Part shown: positions 9,088-19,805 of the stretch, one piece after another
Numbering within the stretch: the first letter of the stretch is position 1
Layout: every line of letters begins with the position of its first letter
From: Candidatus Omnitrophica bacterium UBA6233
Lineage (GTDB): Bacteria > Omnitrophota > Gorgyraeia > Gygaellales > Profunditerraquicolaceae
Direction: 5' to 3'
Length of the DNA stretch: 64,000 bases
NCBI GenBank assembly: GCA_002440965.1
Contig: DJWJ01000019.1
Coordinates: forward strand, 8,119 to 72,118
Translations under genes and position numbers: made by a program
The notes under the pieces: model-generated
Seen by the model: only the letters and a program-made list of their open reading frames with translations
Database searches by the model: none
Told to the model about the DNA's origin: nothing

Positions 9088-9993
9088 CTATCGAATTAAT
9101 TTCTTATTAATTATCTCAATTATTTCTTCTGTGGCTATATCTTCCAATCTACTCTTCTCAATCACCATATGCCCCTTACCCCATGGCCCCCAGCGGCGGG
9201 CGGTTTTACCCGCTAAATCATTCCTAAAAAGCGCTAACACAGGCGTCCCTACTGCCGCGGCCAGATGCATCGGCCCGCTGTCGCAAGAGATAAGCAGCTT
9301 GCTTTGCCTTAGAATCTGCGCTAATTCAACCAAAGAAGTCTTGTTAACCAAATTAATCACATTCTTTCCTAAATTGTCAAACTCTTTTCTGTCGTCCTTT
9401 TCCCTTCCCACAACTATCAATTTAGCGCCAAAATCTTGCGCTAATCGCCTTATTAACTCCTGAAACTTCTCAACCGGCCACTGCTTCAGGCTATCGCTAG
9501 TAAAAGGATGAATAGCAATTGCTCCGGAATACTCAGGTTTATTATGCTGTGGCAGCCTGCCTAAGCGAATCGCTTTATCGACAGTCCTTGCGTCAATCAA
9601 ACCAACCAAGTCCAGATTACACTCCACCTCATGCTTAAGGCCTAAATTTTTATTATCTTGCATTTTATGGGTCAATAAAATGCCCCATTTCTTGTTATAA
9701 CCAACACGTTTGGGGATACCTGCCCAAAAACAAGCCCAGTGAGCTTCTTTCGCAGGATTCAAAACAACGCAAAGATCGAATTTCTGTTTCCTTAAGTTCT
9801 TTTTGAAATCATCATCCCAAATCGCTACTTTATCAGCGCATTCAATACACTCGGCTAATTCTTTGTTCGCAAAGCTAACTGCTAAAGTAAGCTGTGAACC
9901 GGGAAATGACTCTTTTAGCGCCCGGAAAGCCGGAATATTAAGCAAGAATTCCCCAAACCTGTCATTACGTATAACCAAGATATTTTTAATCAT
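9088..9993 (-). CDS. Glycosyltransferase family 9 (heptosyltransferase-like)
   Basis: 301 aa; C-terminal SCDSGPMHLAAAVGTPVLALF motif. Confidence 0.7.
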   Translation of the reverse strand: MIKNILVIRNDRFGEFLLNIPAFRALKESFPGSQLTLAVSFANKELAECIECADKVAIWDDDFKKNLRKQKFDLCVVLNPAKEAHWACFWAGIPKRVGYNKKWGILLTHKMQDNKNLGLKHEVECNLDLVGLIDARTVDKAIRLGRLPQHNKPEYSGAIAIHPFTSDSLKQWPVEKFQELIRRLAQDFGAKLIVVGREKDDRKEFDNLGKNVINLVNKTSLVELAQILRQSKLLISCDSGPMHLAAAVGTPVLALFRNDLAGKTARRWGPWGKGHMVIEKSRLEDIATEEIIEIINKKLIR

Positions 9994-11353
9994 TTATCTC
10001 TTCAGAAAACACTTCTTTCTGAAACAAATAAGCTGTCAAAAAAATAAAAATGCCTGCGAAATGAATCATAAACCTGGTTAACTCCTTTTCGACATGAAAA
10101 CAGAGGTCGGAGGAAGTCGTAAGGAATAGCGCGCACGAATAAAAAAGCAATGCGAGAAAAACAAAAGAAACCGCATATTTTAAAATTCCATCCGAAAACA
10201 TCTTCCTCTTCCATATAAATACTGAGATAACTATAATCCAAAGGATGTTCCATTTTTTAGGATTAAATACTTCTCTCTGTAATTCAAATAATAAAATCGG
10301 AGAATCTCTTAGGTTTTTCAGAAATTTGCCTGCTGTCAGCACCTTAAGATTAATATCGGAGTTTATCAGTCCCTTATGACACTTAAAAACCAGCCACGGA
10401 GAAACAATCAATAAAATAATCAAACAAGCCAAAATCGCCTGCCGCAACAGTATATATCTTTCCTTAGAGCAGGCTATCTTAGCGGCTAGGATTATAAAAA
10501 AAACTGCTAGAAATACAAGGGCCTCGTTTTTTATCCATACCGATACTCCGAACAATAAAGCCGAATTGACCAGAAACGCGCTTTTCTTATCCCGTAAGTA
10601 GAGAATAAAATAGATAAAGGCGCTGGTTATGCACGCCCCTAATACCAAATCCGCATAAACAATAGCAGCATACCTTGTCAGTTGAGGTATTGTCCCAAGG
10701 AAAAATACGGCGATAAGCGAATATTTCCGGCTAAAGAATTTAGTTAGCAGCGCGTAGAACAAACCGAGAAACATTATATAGACAACCGGCATAATTTTTG
10801 TAATTAAAACGTCGTTAAATCCGATAAAACGGTAGATCCAGGTCATATAAAATGGCAATAACAAAGGGTAGTCAAGATGCCAAACACTATATTCGCTCAA
10901 ATTGAAGAAATTACCCGGGATTCCTTCATTAAGGTAGAAAATTTTGGCTTTAAGCGAAAAATTTGCCACCGAGTCAAAAGCTTGCACGGGCATAGGAAGA
11001 ATATGGAGAATAATCCAAAAGACTTGGATAAATAATCCCAAGATAACCAACCTTTCAATCCAATCAAGAGGCTTGCCATCTATACTTGTCACGATTTCTT
11101 TAGCGGATTTTAAGTATAGGTAAATAAAAAGGCCTAAACCCATAGAAACTACTATTGCGATAAACTGAGCGTTGCTTCTTACGGATACAAGATAAAAAAT
11201 AAACTGGAGGTAACTTATAACGCCCAAGCCGACAAAGAAAGAGAAGGTTATAAACTCTATCCGTGAGTAGCGATATTTAAAAAGCAAACCGAGCAATAAA
11301 ACCAAATCCATACCCAATATTTCAATAGAAGCCAAGCCCAAACAAAAAATCAT
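9986..11353 (-). CDS. Polytopic membrane protein, GT-C-like (ArnT/PMT-type glycosyltransferase or polymerase)
   Basis: 455 aa, >10 predicted hydrophobic helices, no soluble catalytic motif recognisable. Confidence 0.35.
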   Translation of the reverse strand: MIFCLGLASIEILGMDLVLLLGLLFKYRYSRIEFITFSFFVGLGVISYLQFIFYLVSVRSNAQFIAIVVSMGLGLFIYLYLKSAKEIVTSIDGKPLDWIERLVILGLFIQVFWIILHILPMPVQAFDSVANFSLKAKIFYLNEGIPGNFFNLSEYSVWHLDYPLLLPFYMTWIYRFIGFNDVLITKIMPVVYIMFLGLFYALLTKFFSRKYSLIAVFFLGTIPQLTRYAAIVYADLVLGACITSAFIYFILYLRDKKSAFLVNSALLFGVSVWIKNEALVFLAVFFIILAAKIACSKERYILLRQAILACLIILLIVSPWLVFKCHKGLINSDINLKVLTAGKFLKNLRDSPILLFELQREVFNPKKWNILWIIVISVFIWKRKMFSDGILKYAVSFVFLALLFYSCALFLTTSSDLCFHVEKELTRFMIHFAGIFIFLTAYLFQKEVFSEEIND

Positions 11354-11772
11354 CCTTGCGATCCCTTCTTTTTAAAAATAACTTCCGCATCATTTACCTT
11401 TTTTAACACGCCATAGCCGCCTGGAACAACTTCATTAGACTTATAAAGCAAAACGAATTCCGGATCAAACGGATCCATTATTGCCGGCCAAAGCATATAT
11501 CTTGCCCGGACCATATCAAGTCCTTCTATCCCTACGAATTTATAAGTCTTTCCAGCAGGGATTTGCTCTTTACAATAATCAACGAAGTCATGCAAATCTT
11601 GACCCATTATGAAACGTTTTCTCTCCGCGTCATTATGGGTATAGAGAAACTTGAGCTGGATGTATTCCCCTCTCTTATTCTGCTTGATTAAAAAAACAAC
11701 CCAGAGTATCAGCCATAGAAAAACAACTAATAAATATATATTTTTTTTAACCAGGAGGTTTTTAAATTTCAT
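11350..11772 (-). CDS. Hypothetical protein with N-terminal membrane anchor
   Basis: 140 aa; single N-terminal hydrophobic helix then soluble domain; overlaps neighbours by 4 nt. Confidence 0.3.
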   Translation of the reverse strand: MKFKNLLVKKNIYLLVVFLWLILWVVFLIKQNKRGEYIQLKFLYTHNDAERKRFIMGQDLHDFVDYCKEQIPAGKTYKFVGIEGLDMVRARYMLWPAIMDPFDPEFVLLYKSNEVVPGGYGVLKKVNDAEVIFKKKGSQG

Positions 11773-11776
11773 TAAT

Positions 11777-12937
11777 TTAATCCTGCTTATTCTTAATACC
11801 CATTAAACTTATCAAAAAGGAGGAAAATACCACTTGTATCCCGATAAGAATAATCGTAAAGGCGAATAATTCCTTGCGTCCTTGCTCCAGCGGCCCCAGA
11901 AAAAACCAAGCCTTAACAATAGAAAACACTATCAAGATCCCTAAAATAATTAACAAGCTTCCAAGCAATATTCCCTTCTCCAAGTTAAAAGTTTTATAGA
12001 ATTTCAAAAAGAAACTGTTTTTTGTCAAGAATCCTTCGGTTAGAGCGTAGGTTTTAGCAAAAAATCCCAAGCTTATAAGCTGAAATCCGAATAAAACAGA
12101 CATACTAAAAAATATCATTGAGTGAAACTCGAATTTATGGTTAAACAATATAAAAGGCCCATTCAAAGATAAACACATCCCCGCAAATCCTGTCAAAAAC
12201 ACCAATCCGCCGGGAATAAAAAATAGATAATTAGGGCAATACATTAGCATAAACCTCAAGCTTCTCCAGCCATCCCTAAATGTCCTAAGCTTTGATTCTC
12301 CTTTTCTTAAATATAAATCAACGGGAACTTCCATTCTTTTCAGATTCAATCCCGATGCTTTTATAATAAGCTCTAAAGCATATTCCATACCGCAACTTAT
12401 CGGCCTTATCTTTTCATAAGCTTCTTTTGTAAATGCTTTCATACCGCAATACACGTCGGAAAAACCGGATTTAAAAAATATATTCAGAATGAAAGAAAGC
12501 ATAGGGTTTCCAAAATATCTATGTAAAAATGGCATAGCCCCATTATGTATTTTTCCCTTTGTCCGGCTCCCATTTATAAACTCATATCCTTGCCTTAAAG
12601 GTTTAACAAATTTCATAATATCCAAAAAATCATAGGTATCATCGGAATCCCCTATGATAATGTACTTACCCTTTGCCACAGAAATACCTAATTGATAGGC
12701 GCAGCCATACCCTTTCATCTTTTGCACAACCACATAGGCCCCTTCTTTTTTGGCTATCTCTACCGATTTATCTGTTGAGCCATTATCTGAAACAATAACC
12801 TCGCCTTTTATCCCGCTTTCCCGGATAGCCCTAAATGCCTTTTCAACACAAACACCTATGGTTTTCTCTTCATTCAGGCATGGCATAACAATAGAAATCT
12901 CGATAGGACTAGAATTATAATCTTTAACTGTTTGCAT
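11777..12937 (-). CDS. Polyprenol-phosphate glycosyltransferase (GT2, DPM1/ArnC/GtrB-like) with C-terminal membrane helices
   Basis: 386 aa; IVMPCLNEE...VSDNGSTD...DSDD catalytic motifs followed by ~4 TM helices. Confidence 0.65.
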   Translation of the reverse strand: MQTVKDYNSSPIEISIVMPCLNEEKTIGVCVEKAFRAIRESGIKGEVIVSDNGSTDKSVEIAKKEGAYVVVQKMKGYGCAYQLGISVAKGKYIIIGDSDDTYDFLDIMKFVKPLRQGYEFINGSRTKGKIHNGAMPFLHRYFGNPMLSFILNIFFKSGFSDVYCGMKAFTKEAYEKIRPISCGMEYALELIIKASGLNLKRMEVPVDLYLRKGESKLRTFRDGWRSLRFMLMYCPNYLFFIPGGLVFLTGFAGMCLSLNGPFILFNHKFEFHSMIFFSMSVLFGFQLISLGFFAKTYALTEGFLTKNSFFLKFYKTFNLEKGILLGSLLIILGILIVFSIVKAWFFLGPLEQGRKELFAFTIILIGIQVVFSSFLISLMGIKNKQD

Positions 12938-14162
12938 AGAATCCTCCGCGCTTTAAAGCCAAAGACAGCCCCACCAGATACCAAAACATTACTGCCACAC
13001 GGGAATAATAAAGGCTGGACTCTGTAAGGCCGTTAACCAAAAATGCGATAAAACAAGCTATCAAAGATATAGAAATGATTTTCAGGTAATCATCCTTAGA
13101 ACTCCTGTAGTATCTTATGAGCTCTCTAAAAAGCAGCCATAAAAACCATACAAAAATACCCAAACCAGCCAACCCCATCTCCCCTGCCATTTGAAAATAA
13201 TTGCTCTGCGCGTAAGCAGTATCCTGAGTATGCGCGTATTTTTCCGCTTCGGCGGTCTTATATTTAGCATAATTTTTCGCGTAAGTATTCACTCCCACTC
13301 CGATAACAGGATGATGGCTGACCATATTTGCGGCGTTCATATACATACTGAGCCTGTCCTCATTAAAAAGAAAAACTAAAGGATTATAATTCGAGTTAGC
13401 CGCCCAACTTTTGATATTTTTCGGCATAACAACCGGATAAATCAGGAAAATTGCCGCGAGAATAGTTATCAGAATTTTATGCCTGCGGACAATAGCTAAA
13501 AATAACACGCTAAAAAATAAACCTAAACCTGAACCGCGGGAAAGCGTAATATAAATACCCGCTGCCGCCAGCAAAGAAACTATACCCCAAGATACCCTTT
13601 CTCTTCCTTTATAATAATAAAGAAAAAGGCCGATTGCGATAGGCGCCAACAACCCAAGATAGATACCCATTACGTTGGGATTTGGAAAAGGCCCGGTGGG
13701 ACGGACCAGATTAATCAGGCACGATTGGATTGCCTCTCCTCTGACAAAATCCCATCCAAGCCTAAGCTGCCAAAGACCGTCAACACTGACTAAAATAATC
13801 CCCGCCACAATCCCTAGAACTATTCTCTTAATATGTTCTACTCCGCGGATCTCTTCGGCGCAAATTAGAAAGATTAATCCGCTTTTCAATAATTTGATTA
13901 TACCCTGAAAACTGGTTGAATAACTGACAGAATTCCTGAATGAAATAAACGCGATTACCAAAAATAACAAGAAGGGTAAAAGCAAAACATTATCCGTAAA
14001 TATACGCTCCCGCTTAATAATCTTTTTGGCAAAAAAAGCGAACGCCAGAAACCCCAGGAAGGTATTGGATAAACCGATAGAAATAGCCACTGAAAACGGT
14101 ATTATTACAATCGACCAATAACTAATGAATTCGAAAATGCTGACCATAAAAACTCCTCCCAA
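12924..14162 (-). CDS. O-antigen ligase (WaaL)/Wzy_C-domain family membrane protein
   Basis: 412 aa polytopic; ITLSRGSGLGLFFS loop motif typical of O-antigen ligase family. Confidence 0.55.
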   Translation of the reverse strand: MGGVFMVSIFEFISYWSIVIIPFSVAISIGLSNTFLGFLAFAFFAKKIIKRERIFTDNVLLLPFLLFLVIAFISFRNSVSYSTSFQGIIKLLKSGLIFLICAEEIRGVEHIKRIVLGIVAGIILVSVDGLWQLRLGWDFVRGEAIQSCLINLVRPTGPFPNPNVMGIYLGLLAPIAIGLFLYYYKGRERVSWGIVSLLAAAGIYITLSRGSGLGLFFSVLFLAIVRRHKILITILAAIFLIYPVVMPKNIKSWAANSNYNPLVFLFNEDRLSMYMNAANMVSHHPVIGVGVNTYAKNYAKYKTAEAEKYAHTQDTAYAQSNYFQMAGEMGLAGLGIFVWFLWLLFRELIRYYRSSKDDYLKIISISLIACFIAFLVNGLTESSLYYSRVAVMFWYLVGLSLALKRGGFYANS

Positions 14163-14163
14163 A

Positions 14164-14847
14164 TTAATTTTTCGTTAAGCGCAGCCTAACAAGACACCAC
14201 AATGCCCCTACTCCGTCTTTCCAGCCGATTTTCTTGCCTTCATTATAAGAACGGCCTTTGTAAGATATAGGAATTTCGACTATCTTATAACCTTTCTTAA
14301 GTATTTTCGCCGTGATCTCCGGCTCTATCTCAAACCTTTTCGCCTGAAGATTCAATTCTTTCGCCAAATCCAGCCTTATGAGCTTATAACAGGTCTCCAT
14401 ATCCGTCAGGGACGCTCCAAAGAGAATATTCGTGAAAGAAGTAAGGAAACTGTTAACCAAATAATGCCAAAAAGAAGTAACCTTCCAACTCTGCTTAAAA
14501 CGCGAACCATAGACTACCGGCAGGTTATTTTTCACGGCGCAATCAACCAATTTAACGCAGTCTTGCGGGTCATATTCCAAATCCGCGTCCTGCACAATCA
14601 CGTATTCTCCCGAAGCCTGCGAAAGCCCGGTTACAACCGCAGCGCCCTTACCCCTATTAGTGCTATGATGAATGACTTTAAGGTTCGGATATTGCAGGCC
14701 TCTCAAAATACTGCCGGAACCATCCGTTGAGCTATCATCAACCACAATGATTTCCTTATCGATACTTACCGAATTAATCTTATCGATAACCTGGCTTATA
14801 GTCGCCTCTTCATTGTAAACCGGAACGATCACAGAAAGCTTAGGCAT
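14164..14847 (-). CDS. Family 2 glycosyltransferase (soluble polyprenol-phosphate sugar synthase-like)
   Basis: 227 aa; LSVIVPVYNEE...VVDDSSTDGS...QDADLE motifs. Confidence 0.65.
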   Translation of the reverse strand: MPKLSVIVPVYNEEATISQVIDKINSVSIDKEIIVVDDSSTDGSGSILRGLQYPNLKVIHHSTNRGKGAAVVTGLSQASGEYVIVQDADLEYDPQDCVKLVDCAVKNNLPVVYGSRFKQSWKVTSFWHYLVNSFLTSFTNILFGASLTDMETCYKLIRLDLAKELNLQAKRFEIEPEITAKILKKGYKIVEIPISYKGRSYNEGKKIGWKDGVGALWCLVRLRLTKN

Positions 14848-14849
14848 TT

Positions 14850-16319
14850 TTATTCTCCATTTACAAGGGTATAATCATAACGCATAGATTGAGCATCCCA
14901 GGTAATACTTAAATCGAGCGGCAACGGTTTTGCTCCATTTTTACAAACATAATCCCCAGCTAGAATAAACCTAATCGCATTTTCATCAAATTTTCCTTCC
15001 TTGGGAAGATTCAGGCGCAGATCCGGGCAAAACTCTCCTCTTTCCGATAGCAATTTTATTTTGTCACCTAAATCACTGAGCATTTTATAGCTCGGGCCGT
15101 AGGCAACCGGATGGCCACCAGCCTTATCCAGAAAATGCAAAATTGCCGCTAGAAGAAAAACTGTGGCCAGAAGAGAAACAACCAAGGCCGCCCTAACTGC
15201 TTTGTATTTCCAAAGCCTAAAGGCGCAAAAGGCGGTTATTACGGCATAGGCGGGAAAAAGCACAATCAAATAATGCAGAGGCGTACGCACCTGAAAAACA
15301 AGATAACCCAAAGTAACGACACTTACCAGAAATCCGGAAACCTGAAAAGGCAGAGGATAAGCTGAATTATTTTTATCGAAAATAAGTTTTCCTCGCGTTA
15401 GGAATTTAATGTAAAAGATAAACCCGCCAGTAAACAACGCCGGAATCACAAAAGTAAGCGGATATAAAATCAATCCGGCAATACCCGAAGAATGCCACAG
15501 GACATGGAGAAAATCGCGCTTAAAATACGACCGGAAAAAATCCAGGGAAGACATCCAGATATGCGAACGAAAAATATTCCAGGGAATATCTTTGCCTTTA
15601 CCGGCATAAGCAAAAACAGCTCCTTTCTCTCCTTCAGCGAAAATATGATAGAGGTAAGGAAGGAATACCACGAAAAGCAAACCCAGGATTAAAAGAATAT
15701 GGGCTTTTTTAATTTTCTGCCGGTATTTGAATCCGACTAGCAAAAGCGCCAGGAAAAGGAAAAACCCCGACATATGTATCTGAGCTGAGATCGCGGCCAG
15801 CAAATTTAAAATAACAAAATATACCGGCTTCTCTTCTTGAATAAACTTACAAAAAATTATATTAAAGAAAATTAAAACTGCCGGCAAACTGCACTGGGCC
15901 CAAATATTAGTAGAATAGATAGTAAACGCAGGAGAAAAAGCCAAAAGAACAGCTGACAAAAGCGCATAAGTAAGCGGCATAAACGCGCAAAAGTACCCGA
16001 TTGCCACCAGCAAAACCACCAAATTCAAAACAGTAAAAAATGCGGTAAGAAAATAGAGGTTGTTTGTAAAACAAGTCAACACTCCCATTAAGTAAATAAA
16101 AAACGGCGGGTTATCGAAACCTACCCCAGAATTCATTCCGTGAGTAACCAGAAAACGCAACTGCCGGGCCTGATCACCCAAGAATATAGCGGCAAGCTGG
16201 TCATTTTTGAACTCAAAGAAAGATAAATGATAAAAACGCAATATTGCCGCTGCGGCAAAAATTACGGCTAAATAAATAATTATAAAAACTAAATTTTTCT
16301 TCATCAGGCTTTCTTGCAA
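14850..16319 (-). CDS. GT-C-like polytopic membrane glycosyltransferase (ArnT/PMT_2-like)
   Basis: 489 aa, ~11 hydrophobic helices then C-terminal soluble segment. Confidence 0.4.
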   Translation of the reverse strand: MQESLMKKNLVFIIIYLAVIFAAAAILRFYHLSFFEFKNDQLAAIFLGDQARQLRFLVTHGMNSGVGFDNPPFFIYLMGVLTCFTNNLYFLTAFFTVLNLVVLLVAIGYFCAFMPLTYALLSAVLLAFSPAFTIYSTNIWAQCSLPAVLIFFNIIFCKFIQEEKPVYFVILNLLAAISAQIHMSGFFLFLALLLVGFKYRQKIKKAHILLILGLLFVVFLPYLYHIFAEGEKGAVFAYAGKGKDIPWNIFRSHIWMSSLDFFRSYFKRDFLHVLWHSSGIAGLILYPLTFVIPALFTGGFIFYIKFLTRGKLIFDKNNSAYPLPFQVSGFLVSVVTLGYLVFQVRTPLHYLIVLFPAYAVITAFCAFRLWKYKAVRAALVVSLLATVFLLAAILHFLDKAGGHPVAYGPSYKMLSDLGDKIKLLSERGEFCPDLRLNLPKEGKFDENAIRFILAGDYVCKNGAKPLPLDLSITWDAQSMRYDYTLVNGE

Positions 16320-17023
16320 ACAAATATAAATTCCCTGGCTAGGTTAACCGGACAAACGCACTTAATCAGAGAACGTTTAAAGAATTTCCCTATCGATTTA
16401 AGTTTAAAAGTCCCTTCCTGGAACAACTCCGGCCAAAGGTTAGAACCGTAAACCCGCTCGGCCAGGAGGCCATTAGCTCCTAATAAGCTAACCCACTCTT
16501 TCCGGGTGGCTGTCTTTTCCAGAATCTGAAAATCATCCACCGGTTTATTTCCTTCTCTTCTAATATGCAGAAAGAAATCCAAGCTAAAAGAATTAGGCAG
16601 AATAATGCAAAATTTAGCATTTTCTTTAGCAACTCTGACTATCTCCCTTATCCCTAAACCCGGATCCAGATAATGCTCAAGACTACCTAAACAAGTTACA
16701 TAGTCAAATTGCTTATCCTTAAACGGTATCTTTTGCCCATCAGCTGTCATTAATCGAGCTTGCGGACAATTTTTTCTAGCTACAGAAATTGCGACATCCG
16801 AAATATCCAGGCCAAATTCTTCAATTTGCTTACTCCGTTTCAAAACTTCCCGCAAGAATATTCCTTCTCCGCAGGAGACGTCCAATATTTTCGCGCCAGA
16901 TTTAGGATTAAGTAAACGCGCCAGCCATCTGTAGTAGGCAGAATTAGTCCTAATCCCAGGACCGGAATAAATCCGATTATAGTCTGAAATAATCTCTTTG
17001 CTGCTTAATTGATTTTCATTCAT
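16304..17023 (-). CDS. Class I SAM-dependent methyltransferase
   Basis: 239 aa; SAM motif I ILDVSCGEGIFLREV. Confidence 0.65.
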   Translation of the reverse strand: MNENQLSSKEIISDYNRIYSGPGIRTNSAYYRWLARLLNPKSGAKILDVSCGEGIFLREVLKRSKQIEEFGLDISDVAISVARKNCPQARLMTADGQKIPFKDKQFDYVTCLGSLEHYLDPGLGIREIVRVAKENAKFCIILPNSFSLDFFLHIRREGNKPVDDFQILEKTATRKEWVSLLGANGLLAERVYGSNLWPELFQEGTFKLKSIGKFFKRSLIKCVCPVNLAREFIFVCKKA

Positions 17024-19101
17024 TGGATTAGCACCTTATATATGCGCGCCAAGGAATTAACATACACCAACTGAAAATCCTGCGGGCGCGCCAGCGCCCA
17101 TTCGTCTTCAATCGGAAATTTAGCAGGATCCTCCGATTCCCTATTCTCAGGAAATGGAAGAGCAATAAATAGATATCCAATTCGCTCTTTTTTTAAGTTA
17201 GTTCTCCAAGTTGCAAAGTCTTTCACCTTGCGGCATAAACCATCCGGATTATCATAAAGAGAGGTTTCCCTGGTATTCACCGAAACATATTTAACGTCAT
17301 TTTTAAGCTTAGATCCGAATAAAGGATAAAATTCCTGCCTGCCAGTATAAGTAACCCGGCTGCCGCTGCCAGTAACTTCATTAAGCTTCTGCCAAGCTCT
17401 GGCTATATCCAATTGCCAAGCCTCTTTCTTGCTAAAAGTAGAAGGATACCGGCTAAATTCATCCTTATCATATCTGCCATTGAGATAAACTAATCCTAAC
17501 GCTATAAATACCAATCCCGCAAAAACAGCCTTGCTAAACCCCTGGCTTTTATAAAACGCGGCCAGCTGTTTCCTATAAACAAACAAAGCTATAAATAACG
17601 CCAAAGAAAGTAATATGGAAAAAACCAATTCGTAGCGGTGGGCCAATTCAAAGGCCGAAAGTAAAACTGATATAAACGCGACAACGCCAAAATATTTTTC
17701 TCCTTTAGGTAACCGGGTTATAAAAATAACCGAACACACTAGCCCTACGCTAACAAAGGGAAAAATATAGCGAGTCACATAAGCATTCACCAATACTACA
17801 TACAAGGCAAACATTATCAAAGGAGTAATAGAAATAAGCAGATATTCCGCAAAATTCCGCTCTCTCTTCTTAAAAAATGTAAGCATAAACATTGGCAACA
17901 AAATACCCGGCAAGATTATGAGTATAAACTGTATCCCCAAACCTTCAGCAAAAATAATTTTCCATAGATCCAATCTATTTCCTGCGTAATATAGTTTATT
18001 ACATACAACCGTATCTATTAAACCTTTAAATATAGTTTTTCCGAACAGGGTTACCTGATTAGGGAATAAAGGGTTACCGGTAAGAATAAAGTTTTTAATA
18101 AACATATACCCGCCAAATAAAACTACCGTCACGGCAATAGATAATAATAAAATTAGGAGCTTCTTTAACCCGGGCTTTTGCGCCTTAATTGCCGTAAATA
18201 AACCATAGAAAATCAACGGAAATAAACCCGCTAACCAGACAATATTCAAAATCTTCGTTCCCACGAATATCCCTACTGTAATCCCAAATAAAAACGCATT
18301 CTTGATACTAAGCTTATCTTTAAGTATTAAGAAAGTAAAAATCACTAAGAGTAGTAAAACCGAGCAGATTACGTCTATCTGAGAGCCAGACTTAAGCTGC
18401 TTAAAAATATTAGGTATAAGCACCCAGAGAAAACCGCTTAATAAAGCAAACTTCTTGTTAACTGAATATTTTCTCAGAATCGTATAGATAGCTATTATCC
18501 CGATAATATAAAACGGAGCTTCTCCTAAATCAGCCAAAAAAGCGTTCCTTAAAGGCAACATTAGCCAAACAAAGAATAATTCAGCGTTAATCGGGAAATA
18601 AGAGATACCGCTTGTTTCCAAACGAGGATATATCGGATTGAATACCCCGCTAAAGACTACAAAAGGGTTATCCAGATTTCCGTTTCTTATCCAAACTGCC
18701 GGGAAAGAAAGGTGATACTGCAGGCTATCCGGACACCATGGCGGGTTGACTAAATTGATGAATGATTTTGCCAAGAAAAAGGCAACAAAAACCGCAAAAG
18801 CAAACAGGATTAAATTGCTTTTGATAAAAGGCTCGATATCGGGTTTGGCAGGAAATAAAACAGGCTTCTTACGGTAAACTAAGATTGTTACCGCAAGAAG
18901 CAGCATATTCGCCAAGAAAACATTCGGAAAATAAAACAGGCCCAGGCTGCCTAAAATCAGTTCCGTTAGAACTATCTGGGCAAAGAATAATATAAAAACC
19001 GTAAGCGCGCAATCACACAATCCTTTAACCCCAAAAAAATTCTTGGCAAGAATTACGGAGTTTAAAATTACCGCTAAATTAATTAAAATCAACATTAACA
19101 T
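17020..19101 (-). CDS. Large polytopic membrane protein with C-terminal soluble domain (GT-C/oligosaccharyltransferase-like architecture)
   Basis: 693 aa; ~13 hydrophobic helices in first 510 aa, then ~180-aa hydrophilic C-terminus. Confidence 0.35.
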   Translation of the reverse strand: MLMLILINLAVILNSVILAKNFFGVKGLCDCALTVFILFFAQIVLTELILGSLGLFYFPNVFLANMLLLAVTILVYRKKPVLFPAKPDIEPFIKSNLILFAFAVFVAFFLAKSFINLVNPPWCPDSLQYHLSFPAVWIRNGNLDNPFVVFSGVFNPIYPRLETSGISYFPINAELFFVWLMLPLRNAFLADLGEAPFYIIGIIAIYTILRKYSVNKKFALLSGFLWVLIPNIFKQLKSGSQIDVICSVLLLLVIFTFLILKDKLSIKNAFLFGITVGIFVGTKILNIVWLAGLFPLIFYGLFTAIKAQKPGLKKLLILLLSIAVTVVLFGGYMFIKNFILTGNPLFPNQVTLFGKTIFKGLIDTVVCNKLYYAGNRLDLWKIIFAEGLGIQFILIILPGILLPMFMLTFFKKRERNFAEYLLISITPLIMFALYVVLVNAYVTRYIFPFVSVGLVCSVIFITRLPKGEKYFGVVAFISVLLSAFELAHRYELVFSILLSLALFIALFVYRKQLAAFYKSQGFSKAVFAGLVFIALGLVYLNGRYDKDEFSRYPSTFSKKEAWQLDIARAWQKLNEVTGSGSRVTYTGRQEFYPLFGSKLKNDVKYVSVNTRETSLYDNPDGLCRKVKDFATWRTNLKKERIGYLFIALPFPENRESEDPAKFPIEDEWALARPQDFQLVYVNSLARIYKVLIQ

Positions 19102-19805
19102 TTATTCACCTTACCAAAAAACTTCACCCTCAAAATAGCCAAAATCGCAGGAATAATATCGAACATTCTGATGGTTTTACCCTCTTTATGCGTACGGGGC
19201 TTATAGCTTATCGGAACCTCTCCGATTTTATAATCCCTTTTACAAAGCATACTAACCAATTCAAACGCGAGAGCCTGTCCATTAGACTGACAATCTATTT
19301 TCTTTAAAACCTCCGTTTTAATTAAATTAGTCCCTATAATATCTGTAAAATTCTTCCGGTATAACAAATTTATCATAGAAGTCGCTATAATCGTGCCCAG
19401 CCAAAAAGGCCTTTCTCTAATCAATGCCCGGATAGAAACCCCCTTTCTATCCGCTAAACGCGAACCAAAAACAACATCCAAACCTTCATTCTCTATTTTT
19501 TCCATCATTTTCAGGACATCTTCCATCTTGTATTCCAAATCCGCTCCAGGCCCATAAACATAATCACCTTGCGCCAGGCACATTCCTTCCCAACCAGAAT
19601 ATCCGGCGCCCATATTCTTAGAATGGAGAATTATTTTAAGCTCCTTATCGCCTTTTAAACTCTCCAATATTTCTTTTGTGCCATCAGTCGAGCAATTATC
19701 TATAACGATAATCTCTTTATCAATCTTTAAAGCCTTAGCTTCTTCTATAGCTTTTAAAATCGTTGGTTTTTCATTAAAACAACTTATAACAATTGTTAGT
19801 CTCAT
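19095..19805 (-). CDS. Family 2 glycosyltransferase (polyprenol-phosphate sugar synthase-like)
   Basis: 236 aa; LTIVISCFNE...VIDNCSTDGT...GADLE motifs. Confidence 0.65.
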   Translation of the reverse strand: MRLTIVISCFNEKPTILKAIEEAKALKIDKEIIVIDNCSTDGTKEILESLKGDKELKIILHSKNMGAGYSGWEGMCLAQGDYVYGPGADLEYKMEDVLKMMEKIENEGLDVVFGSRLADRKGVSIRALIRERPFWLGTIIATSMINLLYRKNFTDIIGTNLIKTEVLKKIDCQSNGQALAFELVSMLCKRDYKIGEVPISYKPRTHKEGKTIRMFDIIPAILAILRVKFFGKVNKC

